Assembly: GCA_951406725.2 (NCBI GenBank)
Contig: OX597815.1
Coordinates: forward strand, 162,068,001 to 162,132,000
Source of the DNA: Octopus vulgaris
Lineage: Eukaryota
Length of the DNA: 64,000 bases
Reading direction: 5' to 3'
Part shown: positions 13,031-25,429 of the stretch, piece by piece
Numbering within the stretch: position 1 is the first letter of the stretch
How the letters are laid out: each line of letters begins with the position of its first letter
Notes under the pieces: model-generated
What the model was told of the DNA's origin: nothing
The model's database searches: none
What the model saw: only the letters and a program-made list of their open reading frames with translations
Made by a program: the position numbers and the translations under genes

Positions 13031-13299
13031 CAATATGTATGTATGTATGTATGGATGGATGGATGGATGCATGTACACATGTACATATGTATGTGCACAT
13101 GTATGTACATATATATGTGTGTGCATGTGTGAGCATGTATGAGTGTGTGTCTGTGTGTGTGCATGTGTGTGTGTGTGAGTGTGTATGCATGTTTATATGT
13201 GTGCATTAGTGTTTCCTTGTCTTGACATCACATTATAGTTTTATCGTCACACAAATGGTGTCTTTTGTTTACCCTACCTATACATGCATGAAAACTGTG

Positions 13300-13694
13300 C
13301 TGGAAGGCCACGTCAGTTCCTGGCTATTATGCTTAGAGTACAGACATGTAGGGCACGTTCATCAGATTTTCGTCTTCATGCATGATGACTGAATGCATCA
13401 AGCAGAGACCATAGACCCATGTTTTATCACCAGTGATGACGGTCTTCATGAAGTCCTGGTCATGGGTTGCACAGTCTAGCATGTCCAGAGCGATTTCCAA
13501 GCAGAGTTGCTTCTGCTGCTCTGCCAGCATCCTGGGGATGAACTTTGCCAACATTCTCCTCATGCAGAAATCCTTTGTTAAAATTATATGCACTGATCGG
13601 TGCTTATTCCTAACCAGTGCAAATATTTTCTTACATGCATAGATAGAGTAGTATCACCTCCCACCCAAAGGATACTTTTTGTATGCACCTCGTA
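13300..13694 (-). mobile_element. mariner transposase remnant
   Basis: IILTKDFCMRRMLAKFIPRML..DFMKTVITGDKTWVYG (WVPR-like motif and first catalytic D in TGDETW); TIR-like tacgaggtgcatacaaaaagtatcc at 13670-13694. Confidence 0.8.
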
Positions 13695-13845
13695 AATATA
13701 TTATATAACTATATATTATAGGCACAAGAGTGGCTGTGTGGTAATAGCTTGCTTACCAACCACATGGTTCCGGGTTAAGTCCCACTTCGTGGCACCTTGG
13801 GCAAGTGTCTTCTACTATAGCCTGAGATAAATAAAAGAATATATA

Positions 13846-13884
<39 letters not shown>

Positions 13885-13915
13885 TATATTTATGTACAAA
13901 CACATATATATGTAT

Positions 13916-13962
<47 letters not shown>

Positions 13963-13963
<1 letters not shown>

Positions 13964-16625
13964 CATCATCATCATCATCATCGTTTAGCATCCGTTTTCC
14001 ATGCTAGCATGGGTTGGACGGTTCAACTGGGGTCTGTGAAGCTGGAAGGCTTCATCAGGCCTTAGTCAGATCTGGCAGTGTTTCTACGGCTGGATGCCCT
14101 TCCTAATGCCAACCACTCCGTGAGTGTAGTGGGTGCTTTTCGTGCCACCCGCACAGGTGCCAGACAGAGCTGGCAAACGGCCACAAACAGATGGTGCTTT
14201 TTATGTGCCACTGGCACGGGGGCCAGGCAAGGCTGGCAACGGACACGAACGGATGGTGCTTTTTACGTGCCACCGGCATGAGGCCAGTCGGGGCGGCGCT
14301 GGCAACGGTCACGAATGGATGGTTCTCTTACATGCCACCGGCACTGGTAACACATCTGCAATTTCCATTGATCGATTTTGATTCTGATCCTCACTTGCCG
14401 CAACAGGTTTTCACAAGTAGAGTTTTGTGTCCCAAGAAGGGAAGGTATGCATACGTAGGCTGGCTCCATCCCATATAGAAGGCCACGGGTTATGGTCTCA
14501 CTTGTCCTGCTGGGTCTTCTCGCGCACAGCACACTTCCAGAGGTCTCGGTCTCTAGTCATTTCCTCAGTGAGACCTAAAGTTCGAAGGTCATGCTTCACC
14601 ACCTCGTCCCAGGTTTTCCTGGGTCTGCCTCTTCCACAGGTTCCCTCAACCGCTAGGGTGTGGCACTTTTTCACACAACTATCTTCATCCATTCTCGCCA
14701 CATGCCCATACCAGCGCAAACATCTCTCTTGCACACCACAATTGATGCTTCTTAGGTCCAGCTTTTCTCTCAAGGTACTTACACTCTGCCGAGTATGAGT
14801 ACTGACATTACACATCCATTGGAGCATACTGGCTTCATTTCTTGCGAGCTTACGCATATCCTCAGCAGTCACGGCCCATGTTTCACCGCCATGTAGCATG
14901 GCTGTTCGTACACACGCATCATACAGTCTGCCTTTTACTCTGTGCGAGAGGCCTTTTGTCACCAGCAGAGGTAAGAGCTCTCTGAACTTTGCTCAAGCTA
15001 TTCTTACTCTAGCAGTTACACTTTCAGCACACCCGCCCCCGCTGCTGACTTGGTCACCTAGGTAACGGAAACTATCAACTATTTCTAGTTTTTCTCCCTG
15101 GAAAGTGACGGAAGTTGGTCTCAGAGCATTTTCAGTGTTTATTGTTCCTGAGCATCTGCCACATACAAAAACCATCTTCCTAGTTAGCCTTCCTTTGACA
15201 TTGCTGCACCTCTTATGTGTCCATAGCTTACACTTGGTGCATCTTATAGAGTTTCTACCTACACCTTTTCTACAGATCGAGCAGGGCCATCTACCTGAAG
15301 GCGTTTGTGATTTGTCTACCTTCCTACTGATTACGACTTTGGTTTTAGCTAGATTGACTCTAAGGCCCTTCGATTCTAATCCTTGTTTCCACACCTGAAA
15401 CTTCTCCTCCAGTTCTGATAGTGACTCAGCAATTAGAGCAAGGTCATCAGCATAGAGGAGCTCCCAAGGGCATCCTGTTTTGAATTCCTCCGTTATTGCC
15501 TGGAGGACTATGATAAATAGGAGGGGGCTGAGGACTGAGCTTTGGTGGACCCCTACCTCTACCCGGAATTCTTCACTGTACTCGTTGCCAACCCTCGCCT
15601 TACTAGCAGCATCCCTGTACATGGCCCGCACAGCTCTCACTAACCATTCATCTATCCCTAGTTTCCTCATTGACCACCAGATAAGGGATCGGGGGACCCT
15701 GTCGAAGGCTTTCTCCATGTCAACAAAAGCCAGGTACAGGGGCTTATCTTTGGCTAGGTATTTCTCCTGCAGCTGCCTTACCAGGAATATAGCATCAGTG
15801 GTACTTTTCCCTGGCACAAACCCAAACTGCATCTCATCTAAACTAACTCTCTCTCTAATTAGTTGGGCTATGACCCTCTCCGTGACCTTCATCACCTGAT
15901 CCAACAGCTTGATACCTCTGTAATTATTTGTATCTAGGGCGTCACCTTTACCTTTGTAGCAGTTGACTATTATGCTGCTACACCAGTCATTGGGTATGAC
16001 TCGTTTGTGTATCACCTGATTAACTATACGGGTGACTAGGCTATAGCCGACACTACCAGACATTTTGAGCATCTCTGCAGTGATTCCTGATGGGCCTGGG
16101 GCTTTCCCTGTCTTCATGCTTCTAATTGCCTTAACTACCAAGGAACTATCAACTCGGATAGCTGGTCCCTCTGTTGGGTCAACGTTCAGCAGACTCTCTT
16201 TATCCCATTCATTTTCTTTATTCAGCAACCTTTCATAGTGGCATCTCCAAACCTCTCTCTTTGCATCCTCATTTAGTGCAAGTGAACCATCTTCCATGCG
16301 AACACACTTCTCTCCTACCACATCACGATTCTCTCTCACACACTGTCTTGCAACGCGAAACACCTCCAGTCTTTGGTCCTCACGGCGCAGAACATTGGCA
16401 AATTTTTTCTTATCTGCTTCCCCTCTGGCTAAATAAACCTGTCTCCTAGCTTCTCTTTTGGCAGTCTGATACAATTCTCTGCTACCCCCATTTTTCCAGA
16501 CCTTCCAAGCCTGTCTCTTTTCTCTAATAGCCCTGTCTACAATATTGCTCCACCACCACGTTATTCTAGGTCGAGAGGGGACTTTGCACCAGCCACAGAT
16601 CTGGTCAAAGTCCCCTCTCGACCTA

Positions 16626-16630
<5 letters not shown>
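13963..16630 (-). mobile_element. Young 5'-truncated RTE-clade LINE
   Basis: RT ORF, 3' UTR with ~60 bp repeats and (GAT)n tail at 13963-13982; no APE endonuclease (truncated); sits in a (TA)n context. Confidence 0.95.
14498..16620 (-). pseudogene. RTE reverse transcriptase ORF with one in-frame TGA and an inserted PHD finger
   Basis: KAPGPSG, NYRGIKLL, QFGFVPGKST, FVDMEKAFD, GVHQSSVLSP, YADD, FRYLG. ORFs 14993-16669 and 14498-14962 are in the same frame, split by TGA at 14993-14995 (TGG in the copy near 44378). Confidence 0.93.
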
Positions 16631-16660
<30 letters not shown>

Positions 16661-16699
16661 TATATACATATATGCATATGCATATATATATATATATTC

Positions 16700-16910
16700 A
16701 ATATATATATAGGCAATTCAAAGAACAAGCAATTAAAAAAATAGGGAAAAAAGGAAAAAAACGAACATGAAGACATGCACAAGAAATAATTTGATGGTTG
16801 GTGAAAGGAGAAAGCTGCCATTTCAAGCATAGCCTTTCAGTGGAAAGAGACAAGTCCAAAGAGAAAGAAGGAAAGATAAGGAAAAATCCCCAACAATCAA
16901 TGTGCAATAT
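16700..16910 (-). mobile_element. Degraded Penelope-type terminal repeat fragment in (TA)n
   Basis: Loosely similar to 48615-48790 and 60480-60617 (ctgaaaggctatgcttgaaa followed by a T-rich end). Confidence 0.4.
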
Positions 16911-16919
16911 ATATATATG

Positions 16920-16958
<39 letters not shown>

Positions 16959-17913
16959 TTGTGTGTATATAGATAGATAGATAGATAGATATGTGTATAT
17001 ATACATATATATGCACACACACATACACATACATACACATATACACACATGCACACACATACACACACATATACGTACAACATGCTTCTTTCAGTTTCCA
17101 TCAACCAAATCTACTCACAAAGCTTTGGTCAGCTCAGAGTTCAAGATAAAACGCCATGCAATGAGAATGAACTTGGAACCATGTGCTTAGAAATCAAACC
17201 ACTTACCACACAGCCATGCCTGTGCAATTTCAAGAAAATATGTCTTTTTAGTACAGAAAAGAATGCAATATGAGCCCAACTTTACATATAGGATCCAGGG
17301 TAATTTTTTGAAACATATTTATGGAAAATATGTGCACTTATATGCAATGAAATATGGTATTCAACTTTGTCAGAAAATAGTTGAAAATCTCTCTAAGGAG
17401 AAATTAATCTCATATAATGGTAATATCAAACTAAGATATGCCATTGAACAAAGAAAAAAATCATAAACTAAAGAATTTTACTAATAAAAAAACGCAAAAT
17501 AAAAGACATAGGCATCTTGTAATTAATTCTGTAAGACATCTTAACTATATTTGAAAAAATCATATTTGGTTTCCTCACAGACAAAAGGTATCTCAGCAGT
17601 AATGCTATTAATAAGGTATCAGATTCCTGAATAGAAAATCTTATTTTAGACTCAACTTCCTGTTAGTAATTAATTCAGAACTAGAAGTACGATTTTATTT
17701 TTCAAAAAAAAAAAAATGTAAATGAAAGAAAATAAAAAGCAGATTAGTTAATGACTGAATTTTGTCACTTAGATAAATTATGTGAAGATGCATGGCCTAG
17801 TGGTTAAAGCATTGCATTCAAGATTGTAAAATCATGGTTTCAATTTCCAGATAGGCAGTGCATTGTGTTCTTAAGCTGTAAATGAGTAACCCAGCGATGA
17901 ACTGGCTTTCTGT

Positions 17914-18110
17914 TTAATCCTTTAGCATTTAAACAGGCCATATCTGGCCCAAATATTTTACCTCTTTCATGTTGAAACTAGTCAGATCTGGTCTCTCACA
18001 CCTACCCTACAATGCCCTTCTAAATATAAACAATGACATCATCGAAATCTCAAAGCTGTTAGATAATGCACGATTAATTCATGTGAATAAACAAGCATTA
18101 CATTTGAAAA
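17914..18110 (+). mobile_element. piggyBac-type MITE (partial)
   Basis: Starts ttaatcctttagcatttaaac; body matches 49441-49660. Confidence 0.75.
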
Positions 18111-18389
18111 TGGATGGATACCTGGATGGAAAAACATGAAACAAAATTACATTACATTTGGAATATTTGATGTGTCTTTGAAAACAAAATAATGCCAAAA
18201 TATTGAAAGTTAATGTATATTTTTGGCAATAAAAGTTTTCTTTCCATTTGTTTTTCTTGTGTTCTTTTCACTGAAACAGTCTGAATGGAAGACTTGTAAT
18301 ATCATGGCATTGATAAATGTCAAATCAGAAGTAGCATCAATATTTACATTGGTGACAGTGTTAGCTGTGTCAACGTCATCACTGCTGTT

Positions 18390-18433
<44 letters not shown>

Positions 18434-19379
18434 AATCATCATCATCATCATAATCTTTATCATCACATCTCTTATACTCTCTACCTCATTATCATCAATG
18501 CTTAAAGTTTTTTTTTTTTTTTTGCTTTCAGCAGAGTTGGTTAGATCGACCAGAAGTACATAGAGTACTATCTTTTGCATCATGGCCCTGATTTCTAATC
18601 TTGCAAGAATTTCATAAATTGCAGCATTGTTGTTGTTATTGCTGTTGTCGTTGTTGTTGTTGTTGTTGTTTTTGCTGCTGCTGCTGTTGTTGTTGTTGTT
18701 GTTAAGCAACAAGACGGGTGAGGGTGATTAGGTGATGGTCTAGGGCTTAGGGGTGGGAAACCCCAGATCTTGAGGGAAAAAAACTTTGGTCGTCTTGTTG
18801 TAGTCGAGGGCTCTTCATTGACACCCAACACCACTAGGAGGTGGCCCTCGAAGTCGCTGGAAATGGAGATCTCCAGGTCCAAATTCTTGAACAGCTGCTG
18901 CTGCTGGTTAACTCCAGTTTACCCTTGTTCAGATAGACCAATAATCAAAAATATTCTAGTCATGATCATCTCATCTTATTTTCAGACATTGCATCTTGGA
19001 CTAAATAAATGTGTCCTTCCTTCCCATTTTTTAAGATGATAGAATACAGTTCAAACTAATCTGACCATTATTTTTAGTAGGCTGAATATCTATATACAAA
19101 CTTCTTCGTTGATGAAAATTCTGTAAGAATTAGTTTCAGAATCACTTTAACCATTTCACTGCAAAATCAAATTTCATGTTTATTCCAGTAATGTTGTTAA
19201 ATATCTACCCAAAAAATAGAATTGGTATTTTCTGCTAGACAGGTTGCCTCAATAAATTTCATATATTTCAACAGAAAATAGTTTCAAACATGACATTCCT
19301 CAACAAAAGCTAATTTGGTATATAAAACTGCTTTCTGCAGCTAAGAATAATGAAATTCTGAGAGGATATATCTTGTATC

Positions 19380-19605
19380 TTTTATCTTTTACTTGTTTCA
19401 TTCATTGGATTGCAACCATACTGAGGCACTGTCTTGAGGAATTTTATTTAGTCAAATGTATCAACCCTAGTACTTATTTTATTTTTCAGCCTGGTACTTA
19501 CTCTATCGGTCTCTTTTATTGAACCACTAAGTTATGGGATGTAAACCCACCAACACCAGTTGTCAAATGGTGGTGGGACAAACACAGACATTCACACACA
19601 TCATC

Positions 19606-19643
<38 letters not shown>

Positions 19644-20080
19644 TATCATCATCATCATTTAACGTCTGCTTTCCATGCTAGCATGGGTTAGATGGTTTAA
19701 CTGGAACTGGTAGACCAGAGGGCTGCATCAGGTTCCAGCCTGATTTGGCATGATTTCTACAGCTGGATGCCCTTCCTAATGCCAACCACTCCAAGAGTGT
19801 AATGGTTGCTTTTTTTCATGTTACCAACATGGGTGTCTTTTACACGACACTAGCAATGGCCATGACTATGATTTCATGGGTGCCATTTACATGACATTGG
19901 CAACATATATATATAGATATACACAACAGGCTTCTTGCAGTTTCTGTCTATCAAATCCACTCACAAGGCTTTGACCAGCCCAAGGCTATAGTAGAAAACA
20001 CTTGCCCAAGGTGCCACACAGTGGGACTGAACTCAGAACCATGTAGCTGGGTAGCGACTTGCTTACCATACAGCCACATC
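19380..20080 (-). mobile_element. Family A bipartite SINE with a nested RTE 3' end (about 19600-19900)
   Basis: SINE tail at 19380-19598, (CAT)n plus RTE 3' UTR, SINE head at 19925-20080. Confidence 0.75.
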
Positions 20081-20408
20081 TGATTTCTACAGTAAAAGGG
20101 TAAAAGATATTCCACCATTTCTTTTTACTCTCATTATGCTTAGTACATGAACAAGATTGGCTCAGTCAGTTAAAAGTAATAGTTCTTATCATTTGAGAGT
20201 TATAATAAAGGTTTATCAGCCTAAAGGACTTTCATAGCCACGTTCATAAGGTACCAAAAAACCATTTGAGGGGTCACTAGTGCATCATATCCCTAACATT
20301 GCACTGTTTCTGAAGCCAAGAAACTTAACTTTTGAATATTGTTTTACATTTTCTCAGGGCTCACACGTAATATTATATTATATCTTATACATAATATTAT
20401 CCTTACAT

Positions 20409-20626
20409 TCAAGTGGGTACTGTAAAGTTTCTAATTTTCAAGATATTGCAAAAGGCTTGGTTGGAGGCTCAAACTTCCAAGTTTTTTTACAGGGCTTAGA
20501 AAAACTGAAGGACCACTGCAATAAGCGTGAGAATCTGAGGGGAATACATTGAATAAAATCATAATTAACAGTTCCTCGTGTATTTTCTTTTACTCAAAGT
20601 CAGGAACTTTTCAGCACACCTTCGTA
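20409..20626 (+). mobile_element. mariner-derived MITE
   Basis: Homologous to 4575-4770; right TIR caggaacttttcagcacaccttcg-ta. Confidence 0.8.
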
Positions 20627-20714
20627 TATTCCTTCATTTCCATATTTGCAATTCTTGCATACAGTAAGAGTATGAGCATGATAGAAATCACGCTCTTACA
20701 AGACTGCAATAAAG

Positions 20715-20945
20715 GAACTCTAACAAAGGCAATGGAAAGAAAACAAGATGGTACATACACAAGACTTCTGAGAGTAACACTTAGCATCAAATGGCAGTCC
20801 CCTACAACAAACCAAGTTTTTTTATGGTAATCCTCCAAACATTACCACTACCATAAAGGAAAGAAGACCAAGATTCAGTGGATATTGCTTTTCTAGTAAG
20901 GATGAAGCAATGAATCAAATACTGATGGAGGAACCAATACATAGT
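20715..20945 (+). mobile_element. RTE-group LINE C-terminal fragment (different family)
   Basis: TLTKAMERKQDGTYTRLLRVTLSIKWQSPTTNQ..ERRPRFSGYC fits the post-RT region of RTE-like LINEs. Confidence 0.65.
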
Positions 20946-22157
20946 GCAGTGTGATGGATGAAAAGGACAACAGAAAAAGAAGCAAATGGGAGATAAAATA
21001 CAAAAGCCTTACCTGTTGACCTCGGCAGAATGAGCAATCACTCTCAAGAAATAAACGTCTTTGCTCACTGCTGTCTCTGCTCGAACTGACCACCCATGCT
21101 TCCTGCCCACACATGCCCTGTGACTCTGCCACAGGCCCCTGCAGTCTTTACTTCCATTTACCTCATCTGCAATCCCCTCCACCAATACCACATAGCTCAT
21201 CACAGCCCATAACACCACTAACACCACACATAGAAAGTGACATAGAAATCATCTTCTCAAGAGATTTACTGGCCAATAGATTGAAGATTCTTGTCAACTG
21301 AAGATCGCCCTACCACAAGCAATACAGAAGGAATTCTGGAGCTAAGAGATTGATGGTGTTCATCTGCAGATGACACAGTTAGTAATGCTTGTGCAAGTAA
21401 TAATTTAGCAAATCATAACATAAAAGACAGTGTAAAAGCTGTCTGATAAATACATTAAATTTGAAAAAATTTTAATAATGGTCTGAGCCCCACAGAGAAC
21501 GTTTGCTGCCCATCTATTGTTGACCCTTGTCCTAAATGCATTTATCTAAATAAAAGATAAAATGAGCATAGTTGGAAACACCTATGATCGTTATTTTCAT
21601 TACTGCATAATCAGATAAGGCTTTCTTGTTACCAATTCTGAATATTTTCATATTAATAACAGCTTTGAAACATACATTGTTAGAGAAAAAATGTGTGTGT
21701 GTGTGTGTATGTGTGTGTTTGTGTGTGTGTGCGTGAGTGCATGCATGTGGACATGTATGTATGTATATATGTATTGTATGTATGTATGTTCTGTTCTATT
21801 TTGAATTATTCAATATTTGAAATTTTCCTCTAAGGAAGGAGCTGCTTTCTAACAAAGATACAAAGCGCCATTGTTGGAATGTTGATAACTAAAACAAATT
21901 CACATTTGGTCACTTGAGAAAAAGCCTCTCATAATTTTACTGTTTCCACTGACAGATTGCATTTGCAATGTGCAGATCCTTTGGTTGATTTCTTTTTCAG
22001 AAAATCTTAGCTTATCCAGATTGTCACTTAGGCATTTACTCGCAAAACCAAGTGCAAAAATTATTATCAGTATAAATATGAATTTATAATCAGGATATTG
22101 AAGCAAGAGGTTTTGAAGCAGTCATCCACAGATATCCTCTTTCTCTTTGATATTTAA

Positions 22158-22378
22158 TCCCTTCGTTACCAACCCAGCTGAAACCGACTCTGGCTCTGAG
22201 TACAAATGTCTTGTTTTCATAAGTTTTGAATTAAAATTTTCCACCAAACCTTAGTCACAATTTATTTTCCTAACACTAGCTGAATGATAACTAAGTTATT
22301 GTACTAAATTCTTTGTTATATTTAAAGTAATTGAAAGAAATACAGAGCATCTCAAAATAAATACAGTAACGAAAAGGG
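22158..22378. mobile_element. piggyBac-type MITE with TTAA TSD
   Basis: TTAA(22154-57)-tcccttcgttac ... gtaacgaaaaggg-TTAA(22379-82); excision restores ttctctttgatatttaaggagatattca, matching the uninterrupted copy near 8143. Confidence 0.88.
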
Positions 22379-22540
22379 TTAAGGAGATATTCACTACACA
22401 GATATTCACTATGACAGTACATACACTTTCTTGCTTGTTCCATATAACAATATCTAACCTGTTATGATAGAAGTGTTGACTGGAATGTTCCACCAATATT
22501 TCTTTTGTTGTTGTTTGTGTAAGTATTCAATAATGAAGGG

Positions 22541-22983
22541 TATATTATTTACATTATTTACATTCGACGATATTTGTCCTCATCTTGTTAGTTGTTAACA
22601 CGTTTCGGCTGATATACCTTCCAGCCTTCTTCAGGTGTCTTGGGGAAATTTTGAACCTGGGTTCTCATTCCTAAGATATTTTTCAATGTTATTATGTTGT
22701 TGTTGTTGTTGTTATTGTTCAGGTCACTGCTTGGAATTGAACTCGGAATCTTGGGGTTAGTAGCCCGTGCTCTTAACCACTACGCTATATGCCCACGGGC
22801 ATAATACCTTAGGAATGAGAACCCAGGTTTGAAATTTCCCCAAGATACCTGAAGAAGGCTGGAGGGTATATCAGCCGAAACGTGTTAACAACAAACAAGA
22901 TGAGGGCAAATATCCAACGAATGTAGAAAATGTAAACAATGTAAATAATGTACATATTTCTTCATGTCTTAAATATAGAACTG
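22541..22983. mobile_element. tRNA-headed SINE with Penelope-type hammerhead tail and an inverted copy of that tail
   Basis: Arms about 22545-22675 and 22808-22950; tRNA-like head at 22722-22793 (minus); CTGAAGA-ggctg..cagcc-GAAA in both arms; flanking aatgaaggg / aatggaggg. Confidence 0.8.
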
Positions 22984-23469
22984 AATGGAGGGCATTCTCT
23001 ACATTTTTTCTAAGACAGTCTTTTTTTGGCTGGTATCTTGATGGCATTTTTGGTTAAATGCTAATCCCATGAATAATGTTTCCACAGAAATGTGACATGA
23101 TCTACCTTCTCAGTTAAATTTTAGGACTCCAAAGGCTTTACTGTCTTTTTATTAACTAGATATTCTATAGCAGTCTCCTGTTCTTCAATTACAAATACAT
23201 AACTTCAAAGCAGAATTAGTCATAAGTCCAAAAAAAGCTGCACTTTGTGTTGATATTACTGTCATCTTCTAATCTTTAGGAAACATACCTATGCATAGTC
23301 TTTTTACAGTATGCTCAGTATTTCCCATCCAGGTTTGCTGGTTGCATAGCATAATTATTAATAAAGTATAGTAAAAGATTAAGAAGAGGAGGTGTTGAAG
23401 GATTAAAATCTAAGCTTCTAACAATTCAAGACTATACATACATGTTTTGTTTGTATGAGTGCATGCATA

Positions 23470-23825
23470 TATGATCTTCTTTTTCTCTTCTTAATTTAGA
23501 GTAAATTTTGATTGGTCACCTATTTAGTAGCAAAGTTGTGAAGGAAAGCATCTCATTTTGTTCATCATCCTTTAAATCTTGAGAAGGTCTTGCAGATTTT
23601 TATAATCCCAAATATTGGGATCATTTATAGTATATGATTTGCATTATCTCCCCAGCTCCACACCAGCTGGTATGTATCCTGTTGCTCCAATGATAACAGG
23701 TACAAAGCTGAAAGTGTATCCTGGGTACTGAATTTGCAAACTCTTTGTCAATGGTCTATAGATGTTCTCTTCCTCTTGTATTTTTCTAACTACATTCATA
23801 TCCAAAGATTAGCTGATTTCCAACT
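23470..23825 (-). mobile_element. Further RLE LINE 3' end remnant
   Basis: KIQEEENIYRPLTKSLQIQYPGYTFSFVPVIIGATGYIP on the minus strand. Confidence 0.7.
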
Positions 23826-23896
23826 GTGTGTGTGTGTGTGTCTGTGTGTCTGTGTGTGTGTGCATGCATGCATGTATGTGTGTGTATGTATGTATG

Positions 23897-23928
<32 letters not shown>

Positions 23929-24070
23929 TGTATGTATGCATGCATGCATGCATGCATGCATGCATGCATGTATGTATGTATGTATGTATGTATGTATGTA
24001 TGTATGTATGTATGTATGTATGTATGTATGTATGTATGTATGTATGCATGTATATATGTATGTATGTATG
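23825..24070. repeat. (TG)n/(TATG)n/(CATG)n compound microsatellite
   Basis: Seen directly in the sequence. Confidence 0.97.
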
Positions 24071-25046
24071 TTTATCCAGGTATATGTAGATGCACAGAGA
24101 AAATCACCAGAATGCTCCAGGACAGCAAAGAAGTCAAAAGAAGAATTTGCATGAATGTCAAACCCGCAACAAGTTCTGTAAGTCACTGGCAAGATTCAAG
24201 AGCCATTGCTATTCTTACAATATGTAATGCTGTAATACATTTTATTTAGTCAGCCATGGTCATACTTGTTTAACGAGCCAACAGCCAACATGTTTGTGTA
24301 TATAGAAGAATAGATCTGTTTCAGTGATGGGGATTCGGTTGTTCAATAAGTGTATTATCTGCTTATTGACTTAACATGGAAATAATCAAGCTTCCCACAA
24401 ATGTGTTGGTCAAGGCTGTACCAGCTCTGCCTCAGTGATCTGAATGTCCTGACATTGTAGCTTGATGAGTATTGAGAAAGACATCAGGTGTTAGGCTTAT
24501 GTGTACCACATAAACTATGTACAATAGTTTTGTAAGCAAGAAAGAATTAGTGTTGAATTCAGTTGAAGATTTAGCAGTCAGTTATATATAGACATCCTGA
24601 AGTCATTTCTTTGTATTTCATTCTTTGCAGAAATCCCACAGGATGTTACAAATCATACAGTGTACCACAACCATCAAGAGCTATTGACATCTTACATTTG
24701 CAAGATTTGGGGACAATAGTCTGTGAGGCAGCACTCAACAGCATACATAATGCATTTTAAATTGAATGGGTTGGAGAAACATGAAGTGAGAGACCTTGCT
24801 TGATTCGGGGGTTGAACTCATGACTCCACAATCAAGGGTCAGCCAGCTTAGCAACTAAACCACTCACCTTCAAAGAGACTAGTTCGATGCTGATGAATGG
24901 CCTGCTGAAAACTGCTAGGGAACATTAGAAGAAATGCAATAATCATAAGAATGGATTAGAACCAAGAGTCCAAGACTGAGAGAAAATAATCCATCGGTAA
25001 CAGAGAGAACAAGATCTTGGTATTACCTGAGAAGTATCAATGCCTT

Positions 25047-25266
25047 TGAGAGGATGCTGGAAAGTTCCTGGCTTCGGGTAAAAGAAAATACAGGAGAATC
25101 AGTTAATTATGGTTTCATTGAACATATTACCCCCTCAGATTCACACACTTATTGCAGTGATTCTTCATTTTTTTCTAAACCCCATAAAAGTACTTGGAAG
25201 GTTGAGCCTCCAACAAGACCTTTTGTGATGCCCTTAAAGCCAGGAACTTTTCAGTGCCACCCCCAC
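25047..25266 (-). mobile_element. mariner-derived MITE
   Basis: Reverse-orientation homologue of 4575-4770; fragments also at about 27890-27932 and 58965-59032. Confidence 0.75.
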
Positions 25267-25326
25267 CTACTTGTGTGTGTGTGTGCATATAGAGATAGAT
25301 AGATAAATAGACAGAGACAGACAGAC

Positions 25327-25421
<95 letters not shown>

Positions 25422-25429
25422 GATTTGTG

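Larger units (their letters stand above)
21790..23340 (-). mobile_element. Degraded R4/Dong-type RLE LINE carrying two nested insertions
   Basis: HNRLDIVIWNKQE..VNISL|..QYPDYKFIFILIIIFALG..LQMQSVSG; contiguous once 22158-22378 and 22541-22983 are removed. Confidence 0.75.

Noticed and set aside
14993-14995. In-frame TGA in the RTE ORF as programmed recoding
   Set aside because: The homologous fragment near 44378 has TGG (Trp), so this is a copy-specific nonsense mutation.
18531-18590. Plus-strand acceptor followed by RVLSFASWP (BIR-like)
   Set aside because: Only about 19 codons before a stop, with no other BIR residues or partner exons.
22722-22793. Functional tRNA genes at this and other SINE heads
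   Set aside because: Acceptor stems do not pair properly, there is no oligo-T terminator, and the heads continue into repeat bodies.
23335-23440. Segment similar to 28180-28285
   Set aside because: A two-copy diverged repeat with no termini or coding signal, so it cannot be classified.
23734-24249. Long ORFs rich in YVCM, HTYI, IY, LS, RE or poly-M/I here and across the window
   Set aside because: They are translations of stop-free microsatellites.
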